DNA of 63,297 bases, filler included. It is 8 parts of 8 records of this genome, joined end to end, with 100 filler letters (N's around TTAATTAATTAA, not from the genome) between each part and the next. Parts side by side here need not be neighbours in the genome. Positions count along the whole stretch, not along the records: positions 8,875 to 14,836 come from SRR2962707_3400; positions 14,937 to 20,429 come from SRR2962707_3401; 6 more parts are not named here. One strand, given 5' to 3'. Position numbers and translations under genes: made by a program. The notes under the pieces were generated by a model. It did not search any database and had not been told where the DNA came from. It worked only from the letters and a program-made list of their open reading frames with translations. Positions 9,340-17,697 of this stretch are shown in pieces; positions within the stretch are counted from its first letter, which is position 1, and the number at the start of each line of letters is the position of its first letter.

Positions 9340-11175
9340 TTATATTGTCGGTTCTATTGGCTCTTCAACAGGCTCTTCTGTTCGTGGTGTTGGAGCTTTA
9401 TAAGACCAGCCAAGAAAAACCAATTTACCTGTAGTGGCATTACCACCGCCATTACTCACATTTGATAAATTTAAATCATGGTGAATACCACCTAGCCCAG
9501 AGGCTGTTACAGTCTTTCCGCGAATAGAGCCACTAAATCCGCCATTAGCCACAACACTTACATCCGTTTTAGGTGCATAAATTGCTGCATATAAATCAGA
9601 ATCAGCACTAATATCTATGCCATTAGCGTCTGAATAACCTGAGTAAATACTAAAAACAGGCTTACCCGTTACAGTTAAACCATGCTTCATAGTGATGGCA
9701 CCTTCAGCTGCATTGATAGCAACAGTACCAGATATATAAAGCGTTAAACTACTGCCAGGTGTGATATCAATATACGAATCACCTGTCATGGTAAAATTAC
9801 CATTTACAATTAGAGTAACATCACCACCGGTTACTTTTAAAATGCCATTATTTAAAGTGAAACTACCGGATTTAAGTACTTTTTGATCAATTTGCTGGTT
9901 AATCGTCGCCAGTTGATAATTTAACGTTGCCGGTGGCTCACCTAACCAATTTTCCCATACATAAGTCCCTGGGTTCTCTATTTTAGATTGACCAATTTCA
10001 GGGGTTAGTTCATAAATCACTCGTGTTTCAGGCTTGCCGACAACCAAGGTTGTGGTACTGTGCTTTACTAAAATATCTTCTGCTGCAGGATCAGTAAGCG
10101 CATTTACAGCGCTTACTATATCAATAGGATCGCATTGCACTTTACTGGCTTCAAAGTTATCTGGATCTTGAAAAGGCACCAATTCAACATTTGGCGATTG
10201 CTTAAACTTAGCATCAGAATACGCAATACCATCTTGCTCTAAGTGCCCTGCTAATCCTGCCGGCGCTTTTAATGCATTACCATACATAACATCAAGTGCT
10301 TCATTATTTTTATTTACGAGGATTGTGCTTGCACTGTTATTTGGAAAAATTAAATCATTATTAGCGCGAATAACCCCCAACACTTTACCTTGTTTCCATA
10401 TTACATCACCAGCCGATAATACGTCACCGCCAACAGCCGTATCTAAGGGAAAGCCTTCAGGTAAAAGTGGGTCTGTAGACACCGTGAAATTAGAATCTAT
10501 GGTGATAGTATTATTTGCACGCAGCGAACCTGTGATAGGTGATGAGCCACTGAAAATAATGCTACCCGTAGCATGTACACTACCCCAGATAGTGGAAGCG
10601 CCTGATAATGTTACGTCTTTGTCTTTATAAACAGTGCCAATAACGGCTGCGGCTTCTGCATTATCTGGATCGTAGTCGCCCAAACTTGAGTCATAACTAT
10701 CGATACGGCCACTTGCACTTAATGAAACCCCTTCACAACCCACAATTGCATTTTCAAAAACAGAGCCTCCTTTACCTGGTGTAAAACCAAACCGTGCCAC
10801 TAAGTTGCTCTGCGCATCGCCTTCATAACGTTCGCCAATACTGGCGATTTCCAGCTCGCCTGCTGCATTTTTACTAATACTTGCGTTGTAGGTTGCATCA
10901 CTACCAATTAAACCTGTGCCTGAGGCATTACCTGTTGCAGCAATTAAGCCATCGATATCTAGAGTTTGATCATTTAGTAAAGCTTGCTGCAATAATTTGG
11001 CTTCTTCAAAAACACCTTTTTCAGCCAGTAACCGACTATTCATTTTCTTTTGAAAGTTACCGCTCATTCGCTCTTGAACAATGTTTTCACGTAATGAATT
11101 AAGTACCACAATACTTGCCATACTGGTGAGGATCAATACTGTTATTAATGTAAAACCGTGCTGTCTTTTATTCAT
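9340..11175 (-). CDS. pilX: Large PilX-like minor pilin (611 aa) with a beta-rich C-terminal extension
   Basis: Class III signal G|FTLITVL lacking Glu5 (PilX/GspK trait), ERMSGNF..K PilX N-terminal helix, position after pilW. Confidence 0.75.
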   Translation of the reverse strand: MNKRQHGFTLITVLILTSMASIVVLNSLRENIVQERMSGNFQKKMNSRLLAEKGVFEEAKLLQQALLNDQTLDIDGLIAATGNASGTGLIGSDATYNASISKNAAGELEIASIGERYEGDAQSNLVARFGFTPGKGGSVFENAIVGCEGVSLSASGRIDSYDSSLGDYDPDNAEAAAVIGTVYKDKDVTLSGASTIWGSVHATGSIIFSGSSPITGSLRANNTITIDSNFTVSTDPLLPEGFPLDTAVGGDVLSAGDVIWKQGKVLGVIRANNDLIFPNNSASTILVNKNNEALDVMYGNALKAPAGLAGHLEQDGIAYSDAKFKQSPNVELVPFQDPDNFEASKVQCDPIDIVSAVNALTDPAAEDILVKHSTTTLVVGKPETRVIYELTPEIGQSKIENPGTYVWENWLGEPPATLNYQLATINQQIDQKVLKSGSFTLNNGILKVTGGDVTLIVNGNFTMTGDSYIDITPGSSLTLYISGTVAINAAEGAITMKHGLTVTGKPVFSIYSGYSDANGIDISADSDLYAAIYAPKTDVSVVANGGFSGSIRGKTVTASGLGGIHHDLNLSNVSNGGGNATTGKLVFLGWSYKAPTPRTEEPVEEPIEPTI

Positions 11176-11699
11176 TACACACCACCAAATGCATTGTTTA
11201 AAATTACATTAGATACTGCAATATCAATGGCAATGGTGTTACCAAATTGAGCTGGTAAATTTTCAGGCCCAACATTAATGGTGACAACATTATTATTAAG
11301 CGCAAAACTCAACTGCGTGACCCCAGTTAGCAACCGCTCGGCAGGTTCAGCCCCTATGGCACACATTAAATTATTACCGGTTAGGCTATAAATCTCAGTA
11401 ACATCAGCACCCGATACGCTGCCATTACAGGTAATAACTCCAGTAGGCTGAGAAATAGTTATTGATGAACCATCTGCGGCAATGGTTGGAGCACTAGGTG
11501 TTTGTTTAATGCTACGCGTAAATACTTTACTAGTGTAACGGATCACTTCTTGCGCATTTTCAAGCTCTTTGCCCACCAAAATAGTACTTTTGATTGCTGA
11601 GTATGACAGGCTAACGCCAGCTAATAAGAAAGCCCCTGCGGCAAGTGCCACCATTAATTCGACAAGGGTATAACCGCATGTTCGTGATGGTACGTTCAT
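11175..11699 (-). CDS. pilW: PilW-like minor pilin
   Basis: G|YTLVELMVA prepilin motif; start set to the ATG in a TAATG overlap with the pilV stop. Confidence 0.75.
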   Translation of the reverse strand: MNVPSRTCGYTLVELMVALAAGAFLLAGVSLSYSAIKSTILVGKELENAQEVIRYTSKVFTRSIKQTPSAPTIAADGSSITISQPTGVITCNGSVSGADVTEIYSLTGNNLMCAIGAEPAERLLTGVTQLSFALNNNVVTINVGPENLPAQFGNTIAIDIAVSNVILNNAFGGV

Positions 11700-12112
11700 T
11701 AAATACACTCTGCAGGTAATTCAGGATAACTGGCATTTAAAGTAATTTGGTTCTCTAATTGAGCAGGATCTTGCTGTTTAATTCTCTCATCGCTCCAAGA
11801 AACTGTAATTTGCATATCATTCGCGTACGCCGCAGGTAAGCTCAGCTGGTAGTCATCGATTTGTGGGTCTAAAGAAGCACGAAAATTAGCATCCGTGAAT
11901 AATGCTGGATTTGTTGTTTGTAATTCACACAATCGTGGCCAAATGCGCTCCAAGGTATTTTGCCCTTGCACCAAAGACACAGTGTAATTAAAACTATTGG
12001 TCGCATATTGCAACGACTTCAGTTGCGCCGCCGCCAAGCCTAATAAAGCAATACCGGCAATAACCACTGAAAGCATTACTTCTAACAACGAAAACCCATT
12101 TTGCTTATTCAT
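11699..12112 (-). CDS. pilV: PilV-like minor pilin
   Basis: G|FSLLEVM, GLAAAQLKSLQ, ITVSW; TAATG overlap with the fimT stop. Confidence 0.78.
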   Translation of the reverse strand: MNKQNGFSLLEVMLSVVIAGIALLGLAAAQLKSLQYATNSFNYTVSLVQGQNTLERIWPRLCELQTTNPALFTDANFRASLDPQIDDYQLSLPAAYANDMQITVSWSDERIKQQDPAQLENQITLNASYPELPAECI

Positions 12113-12561
12113 TACGCACACGCCGCTGACTGTTCAGCCAACCAATTTTGGCCGCTTTTTAAGATACAAAGGTAATAATCTACCGTGTTGTCGTTACCAT
12201 CTTTAATCAATATTTCGCTAGCCGCAGATATTTCACCTGTAGACCATACGGTACGATCGACTAACCCAACCGTTACACCTTGGTGTTGGATCACAAATTC
12301 TTTTAAAACAGTGTCAACGCCATCAACAGCTGCTTTTACTTGCCAATTAGTACCGCTGACCACCAACTTCACATCACGGTCACGTTTGACGGCTTCACTG
12401 CGCGCATATTTATAGACACTGTTGAGTTGATTAGCGGTAGTCACTACACGATCTTGCATTATTTGCTGACTAAATGATGGAAACGCTAACACCGCCATAA
12501 TTGCGACAATACCAACTACGACCATTAGTTCAACTAATGTAAAACCAGTTGTTCGAGTCAT
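12112..12561 (-). CDS. fimT: FimT/FimU (GspH-like) minor pilin
   Basis: G|FTLVELMVV, AFPSF, ARSEAVKR. Confidence 0.82.
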   Translation of the reverse strand: MTRTTGFTLVELMVVVGIVAIMAVLAFPSFSQQIMQDRVVTTANQLNSVYKYARSEAVKRDRDVKLVVSGTNWQVKAAVDGVDTVLKEFVIQHQGVTVGLVDRTVWSTGEISAASEILIKDGNDNTVDYYLCILKSGQNWLAEQSAACA

Positions 12562-12563
12562 TG

Positions 12564-13001
12564 TTATTCCCAGCAGTTATTCGCGTCAGCTGATTGTGTT
12601 CCATCATGCTTGATCACTAAAGCACCACAGCGATCTCCCGCTTGGGCAGAGCCTAGTTTTGGGGTTGCAGTTAAGGTAAACGCGCGGCTTTTAAAATTAG
12701 CGTCCGCTGCCGCACCTGTAGCACGGTTTAACGCTGTATAAGTAAACGTGTAAAAATCTGTACTTACGCCTGCATCAAAAGTATTTGGATAGCCACCATT
12801 GCGTGAATAAATACGTTCCAGTGATGCGCCATGTTGCAGCATAACTTGTTGAATATCAGCACGACGGCTACGCTCCATATGTTCGACATATGAAGGCATG
12901 GCAACGCTATATAAAATGCCTAAAATGGCGACTACGATTAGTAACTCTATTAATGTAAAACCAGCAGGTGGTTTGGTATTTCTCATCATGTGTTGTTTCA
13001 A
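12564..13001 (-). CDS. pilE: PilE-like type IV minor pilin
   Basis: G|FTLIELLIVVAI, PSY...RSRRAD, FTLTATP, Q..DRCG...CW. Confidence 0.88.
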   Translation of the reverse strand: MKQHMMRNTKPPAGFTLIELLIVVAILGILYSVAMPSYVEHMERSRRADIQQVMLQHGASLERIYSRNGGYPNTFDAGVSTDFYTFTYTALNRATGAAADANFKSRAFTLTATPKLGSAQAGDRCGALVIKHDGTQSADANNCWE

Positions 13002-13037
13002 TTCTTACATCCTTAACACTATGCCCAGTGCACAAAC

Positions 13038-13067
13038 AATATACACTGACAGCGCTGTCACTGTCAA
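13038..13067 (-). promoter_or_regulatory. sigma70 promoter of the pilE operon with a LacI/NagR-type operator in its spacer
   Basis: Minus strand TTGACA (13067-13062)-N18-TATATT (13043-13038); perfect palindrome TGACAGCGCTGTCA at 13047-13060. Confidence 0.75.
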
Positions 13068-13241
13068 TTAACTGAAACATTGTTACAACATAGCCACATT
13101 TTAGCAGTTATAAATCATTAGTTTTAATTATTTGAATTTTACAACAGGTAACATAGTTAACCAAGGTAGGTACAATACTGTATTTTACCCAATTTTGATA
13201 CTAAAGAGTGATGAGGCTTGGATGTGGTAATCATTTTAAAC

Positions 13242-13273
13242 AAAAAAGCCGCGCTTTTCAGCACGGCTTTTTT
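13242..13273 (-). terminator. Rho-independent terminator after rplI
   Basis: AAAAAAGCCGCGC-TTTTCA-GCACGGCTTTTTT bidirectional-type hairpin. Confidence 0.85.
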
Positions 13274-13287
13274 CGCTTAATTAAAAA

Positions 13288-13740
13288 TTAAGCTTCAGCG
13301 ATCACGATTACTTTGATAGTAGCCGTTACTTCTGAATGAACTGCGATTGATACGTCAAATTCGCCAGTCTCACGGATAGTACCTAGAGGTAAACGAACTT
13401 CTGACTTAGCAACTTCAACACCAACAGCTGAGATAGCGTCAGCGATGTCGCGAGTACCGATAGAACCGAATAACTTACCTTCGTCACCGGCTTTTGATAC
13501 TAATGTAACTTCAGCTAATGCTTCAAGTTTATCAGCGCGTGCTTGTGCAGCAACAAGCTGGTCAGCGATTTTCGCTTCAAGCTCAGCACGACGTGCGTCA
13601 AAAGTTTCAATGTTAGCTTTAGTTGCAGGAACTGCCTTACCTTGTGGGAAAAGGAAGTTACGTGCGAAGCCAGATTTAACTACAACCTGGTCACCTAGGC
13701 CACCTAGGTTTGCGATCTTATCTAGTAGAATAACTTGCAT
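13288..13740 (-). CDS. rplI: 50S ribosomal protein L9
   Basis: [39 protein letters not shown]. Confidence 0.99.
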
Positions 13741-13776
13741 GTTTCTACACCTTTTAAAAACGTGTTAATCCGCTGC

Positions 13777-14004
13777 TTACTTATGTAAGTCAGTGTATGG
13801 AAGAAGGGCTAAGTAGCGAGCACGCTTGATAGCAGTTGCTAGCTGGCGCTGGTATTTAGCGCTAGTACCTGTGATACGGCTAGGTACGATTTTGCCACTT
13901 TCTGTAACATAGTTTCTAAGAGTAGCTAGATCTTTATAATCGATTTGTTGTACGCCTTCCGCTTTAAAGCGGCAGAACTTACGACGTCTGAAATAACGTG
14001 CCAT
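13777..14004 (-). CDS. rpsR: 30S ribosomal protein S18
   Basis: [13 protein letters not shown]...IDYKD...[10 protein letters not shown]. Confidence 0.99.
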
Positions 14005-14016
14005 GAGATAAATTCC

Positions 14017-14334
14017 TCAAATAATTCTTTCTATATGCTGAGCATGCAAAACCAATTGGCTAAGGCCGTTACGACCTTCGTGACGGTTTAAAAAACCGCT
14101 CACTTGCAATGCCTGCCCAACGTGCAAATGTTGAGTCTGTTGTTGCATTTGCTTACCACTGGCAACCACTTGAAGCCTAACATAACTATTACGGTTAAGG
14201 TCTGCTTCAACTTGCATTGATTTATGTTCTACAACAAAAATACAATGCGGGATACCAGCAGGGCTTTGGCTAAACTTAGGTGTTTTACAAACAACCCCAG
14301 AGATAATCAGCTGATTCATAAAAGGACTGACCAT
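14017..14334 (-). CDS. priB: Primosomal replication protein N
   Basis: SPAGIPHC..V.EH.S.Q.EA and LVLHA..IE; lies between rpsF and rpsR; start placed at the ATG behind AAGGT (alternative ATG at 14319). Confidence 0.93.
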   Translation of the reverse strand: MVSPFMNQLIISGVVCKTPKFSQSPAGIPHCIFVVEHKSMQVEADLNRNSYVRLQVVASGKQMQQQTQHLHVGQALQVSGFLNRHEGRNGLSQLVLHAQHIERII

Positions 14335-14388
14335 ATGGTTTACCTTAAAATTCTCGCGGATCAAACGCCATGCTTGGACTCAAAACAA

Positions 14389-14730
14389 TTAAGCAGCTGG
14401 TGCTTCTTTCTTCTCTTCTCTTACAAGAGGAGATGCTTCAGTTACAGCGTCTTTAGTACGCATAACTAAGTTACGAAGCACTGCATCGTTGTAGCGGAAA
14501 GTAGTTTCTAGCTCGCTGATTACTTCAGTAGGTGCTTCAACGTTCATAAGAACATAATGAGCTTTATGAAGCTTGTTGATTGGGTATGCCAATTGACGGC
14601 GACCCCAGTCTTCAAGACGGTGGATAGTACCACCAGCTTCAGTGATAGAACCAGTATAACGTTCGATCATACCAGAAACTTGCTCACTCTGATCTGGGTG
14701 AACCATGAATACGATTTCGTAATGACGCAT
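14389..14730 (-). CDS. rpsF: 30S ribosomal protein S6
   Basis: [18 protein letters not shown]...[12 protein letters not shown]. Confidence 0.99.
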   Translation of the reverse strand: MRHYEIVFMVHPDQSEQVSGMIERYTGSITEAGGTIHRLEDWGRRQLAYPINKLHKAHYVLMNVEAPTEVISELETTFRYNDAVLRNLVMRTKDAVTEASPLVREEKKEAPAA

Positions 14731-14792
14731 GGATATTCCTTACGGTTAATAGAGCCTTCTACCGTTTCAGCCGGTCGGTTTAAGGCAAGGAA
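14731..14792 (-). promoter_or_regulatory. S6:S18 ribosomal-protein leader (autoregulatory RNA)
   Basis: TTCCTTGCCT...AGGCT...CCGTAAGGAA..ATG; 5' end pairs with the SD, and there is a CCG next to the SD as in the gammaproteobacterial rpsF leader. Confidence 0.75.
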
Positions 14793-14814
14793 TTAATATT
14801 AATTAGGCCGAAAT

Positions 14815-14828
14815 GAGCGCGCATTTTA
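14815..14828 (-). promoter_or_regulatory. -10 box with GC-rich discriminator of the rpsF promoter
   Basis: Minus strand TAAAAT followed by GCGCGCTC; the -35 box is cut off by the contig end. Confidence 0.55.
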
Positions 14829-14836
14829 CGCTTAGT

Positions 14837-14936
14837 NNNNNNNNNNNNNNNNNNNNNNNNNNNNNNNNNNNNNNNNNNNNTTAATTAATTAANNNNNNNN
14901 NNNNNNNNNNNNNNNNNNNNNNNNNNNNNNNNNNNN
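14837..14936. other. Artificial contig spacer
   Basis: N44-TTAATTAATTAA-N44. Confidence 0.98.
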
Positions 14937-14974
14937 TACTTTCAAGGACAGCAAAGTAATGCCTGTGCCTGAAA

Positions 14975-15463
14975 ATGAGCGATAATCTGATTTTATCCCA
15001 ACCCAAAGTCGATCAAATCATTCGACGCATCGCCTATCAAATCCATGAAAACAACATGGACGAGGAGCTGGTATTGGTAGGTGTGGATACAGGCGGGAGA
15101 AAGCTGGCAGATCAGATCAATAAAACACTCAAGGAAGTGGCAGGTAATAAGGCCATCTGCCTCACTATTTCTCTGGACAAAGAGAATCCGTTGAATAAAG
15201 ACATACTTATCGATGGAGATACAAGTGATTTGAGCGGAAAGACAGTAATCCTTTGTGATGATGTGCTCAACAGTGGACGGACACTAGCATACAGCCTTAC
15301 CAAACTATTAACCCTGAAAGTAAAGAAAGTAGAAACAGCCGTTCTGGTACTCAGAACACATGGCCGATTCCCGATTTATGCCAACTACAAAGGGTATGAA
15401 CTCTCCACTACCATCAAAGAGCATGTGGAGGTAAGATCTGGTGAGGGCGTATTCCTCAACTAA
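14975..15463 (+). CDS. PyrR-like phosphoribosyltransferase-domain protein
   Basis: IRRIAYQIHE, VILCDDVLNSGRTL PRPP-binding loop, AVLV.R.H..FPI. Confidence 0.85.
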   Translation: MSDNLILSQPKVDQIIRRIAYQIHENNMDEELVLVGVDTGGRKLADQINKTLKEVAGNKAICLTISLDKENPLNKDILIDGDTSDLSGKTVILCDDVLNSGRTLAYSLTKLLTLKVKKVETAVLVLRTHGRFPIYANYKGYELSTTIKEHVEVRSGEGVFLN

Positions 15464-16503
15464 TAATCTTTGTACAAATTTGGCTTTCTGGTGAGCATTT
15501 CCAGACTCATTGCTACCATATCTCCCATGCACTCACAAGTTAGGAAGTCCTCTTCTTCATAAAAGTCTGCTAGTTCTTTTCTTAGCCTTTGAATGTTTTC
15601 AGGTTTGGAAAGTCGCTCCTTCTTCATAGCACTCAAAAGATCATCTATTCGTTTCTTTTCAACCTTAAGCCTGTTGGCAATGTTGGAGCGTTCCTCTCTT
15701 TGGTACTGTCTTACCGTCTCAGGCGTCATGTGCTTCAGCCCAATCTTAATGATCGGATTATTCTGCGTATAATATTGAGGCAAATAGATTGCACGTCGAC
15801 CCTCATAAGACTGCTGGTCAAAATCAATGGCCCTCAACCGGTAATCTACATCCTCGAAATCAGGAGTGATGTCAATGACAAAGTTGCTACTGTGCATGTC
15901 ACCTAATAAGCGAACAAAACATCGCTCATTGAACTTGACAAACTCTTTGGAGAGTCGAATCTCGTTGACATTAGGATCTCCAAGGTATTGTTTGATAAAA
16001 AGCTCAGCCGGTACACCAACGATGTGTTCTTCTATCAGCGTTTCTTGATTAACTACGTAGCTGATTTTATTGGGAGAGAGCAGATGCTCCAACTCAAGCC
16101 CATAGATTCTAGATGCATCCGCTTTTTTGATGTAGAAATAGTCGAAGTTGTCATTGATTTGGTTCACCACTCGCACCCGAAAAGGTTGCGTATTTCCATA
16201 CACACATAAGTCGACCCGATCTATGATCAGATGATCCATTACCGACAAGTCACCATCGGCCTTCATGATCGCATACACTTTTTTCAGAGATGCGTTAATA
16301 TGCTCCATGTCACCCTGCGGAAAGAAAATCGTCTCCCAGAGCGTATCATTGCCCTTTTTGTCATAGAGTGGGATGGAATTGTCGTACCTAAGCAAGTCTG
16401 CATAGTAAATAGGCAAGTCAATTTCACGATCGTATTTTTTGATATACGATCTCAGATGTTTGCTCACAGGAAAAATTTCCTTCTTCTTACTAATAATGGC
16501 CAT
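15460..16503 (-). CDS. Hypothetical protein with atypical (HipA/PI3K-like) kinase motifs
   Basis: FYIKK, LELE, LLGDMHSSNFV and RAIDFD in kinase order. Confidence 0.6.
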   Translation of the reverse strand: MAIISKKKEIFPVSKHLRSYIKKYDREIDLPIYYADLLRYDNSIPLYDKKGNDTLWETIFFPQGDMEHINASLKKVYAIMKADGDLSVMDHLIIDRVDLCVYGNTQPFRVRVVNQINDNFDYFYIKKADASRIYGLELEHLLSPNKISYVVNQETLIEEHIVGVPAELFIKQYLGDPNVNEIRLSKEFVKFNERCFVRLLGDMHSSNFVIDITPDFEDVDYRLRAIDFDQQSYEGRRAIYLPQYYTQNNPIIKIGLKHMTPETVRQYQREERSNIANRLKVEKKRIDDLLSAMKKERLSKPENIQRLRKELADFYEEEDFLTCECMGDMVAMSLEMLTRKPNLYKDY

Positions 16504-16512
16504 AAGATTCCA

Positions 16513-17589
16513 CTAGTTGGTCAGGTTTTCCAGGAATAGTTGCTCCGTTTGAGCACTCCAATCCTGAAATTCAGTACTGATGTCTTTGTGAGTAGGAAGA
16601 TAATTTAAGAGCAACTCCAAATCAAACTTATCACTCGAAATACCTGCACCGGCTTTTTTAGCATCCAATGCATTGCATGCCTGCTCATAATGTCCTTCCA
16701 CTGGCACCATCAAAACGGGTTTGCCTAAATACATGGCTTCACACACCGATTCAAAACCTGCTGTAGTTAAGTATCCTCTACATGAAGCCATGTAGTCGAT
16801 AAACTTTTTGTCATCAAGTCGATGGAAGGTCAGCGTGTCGTCTATTTTGAGCTCGGTTGGAGCATCTTTTTTATCCCAGAAACAGTGAATGGGAATATCA
16901 GGGTGCTTTTTATGAAAATTTTCTACCTGGGTGGAGTACCCATGATTGACCATATAGGCAAGAAAATGAGCTCCTTTGGTCGGTGAAGACTGCTTGATGA
17001 TATCCCGAAGAAGAGGTGGAACGACGATCAGCTTCTTTTTAGGTTCATCATTCATCTTATGAAATGAAAGACATAGAAGCTTCTTGGCTCCATACCCGGC
17101 TAGTTTATTTCCCTTGAGCAACGAATTGCGATCATAGATTCTACCTTTTGGAAATTCAAATTCAGAATGATTTAGCAAAAACTGGTGAGCTATTGCGATG
17201 TGATCAATTTTTGGACGCTTCAGTATGAAAAATAGACCTCCCAAAAAATCATAAAAATTGATGATCGCATCCGGGCTTTCTTTTTTAACTATTTGATCTA
17301 TTTGATTGACACTCTTGAAAAATGTTCTAACCCTTGAGAGATTCACCAGCAGCGTTTTGAAAACACTAACCGATTTATTTTGTCTGTCAGTTACAAAATT
17401 CGGACTCTCCAGTTGGGTAATAGGAGCTTCAATTTTGTTGGAAAAGAAAGCTGGAAGTTCCCTTCGTTTACTTTTCCCAACAATTACATGAGAAACAGTA
17501 TGCCCATTTGAGGTAAGCATTTGAAACAGCGAAATCGCCTGGGTCATATGACCTCTACCTTCTCCCTGGACTATAAAAATGAAATTCAT
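16513..17589 (-). CDS. GT-B glycosyltransferase (MJ1255/VC2487-like, GT28-related)
   Basis: VQGEGRGHMT, TTAGFESVCEAMYLGKP, GHYEQACNA. Confidence 0.85.
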   Translation of the reverse strand: MNFIFIVQGEGRGHMTQAISLFQMLTSNGHTVSHVIVGKSKRRELPAFFSNKIEAPITQLESPNFVTDRQNKSVSVFKTLLVNLSRVRTFFKSVNQIDQIVKKESPDAIINFYDFLGGLFFILKRPKIDHIAIAHQFLLNHSEFEFPKGRIYDRNSLLKGNKLAGYGAKKLLCLSFHKMNDEPKKKLIVVPPLLRDIIKQSSPTKGAHFLAYMVNHGYSTQVENFHKKHPDIPIHCFWDKKDAPTELKIDDTLTFHRLDDKKFIDYMASCRGYLTTAGFESVCEAMYLGKPVLMVPVEGHYEQACNALDAKKAGAGISSDKFDLELLLNYLPTHKDISTEFQDWSAQTEQLFLENLTN

Positions 17590-17697
17590 ATTTGCAGTTG
17601 TGGTTGGGTATCAGTCTGGTTTTAAATGATCTGAAGAAATAGAGAATTGCAAAGCACTAATTGATTCTATCTCCTGTCTTCTGTCTTCTGTCTACTT

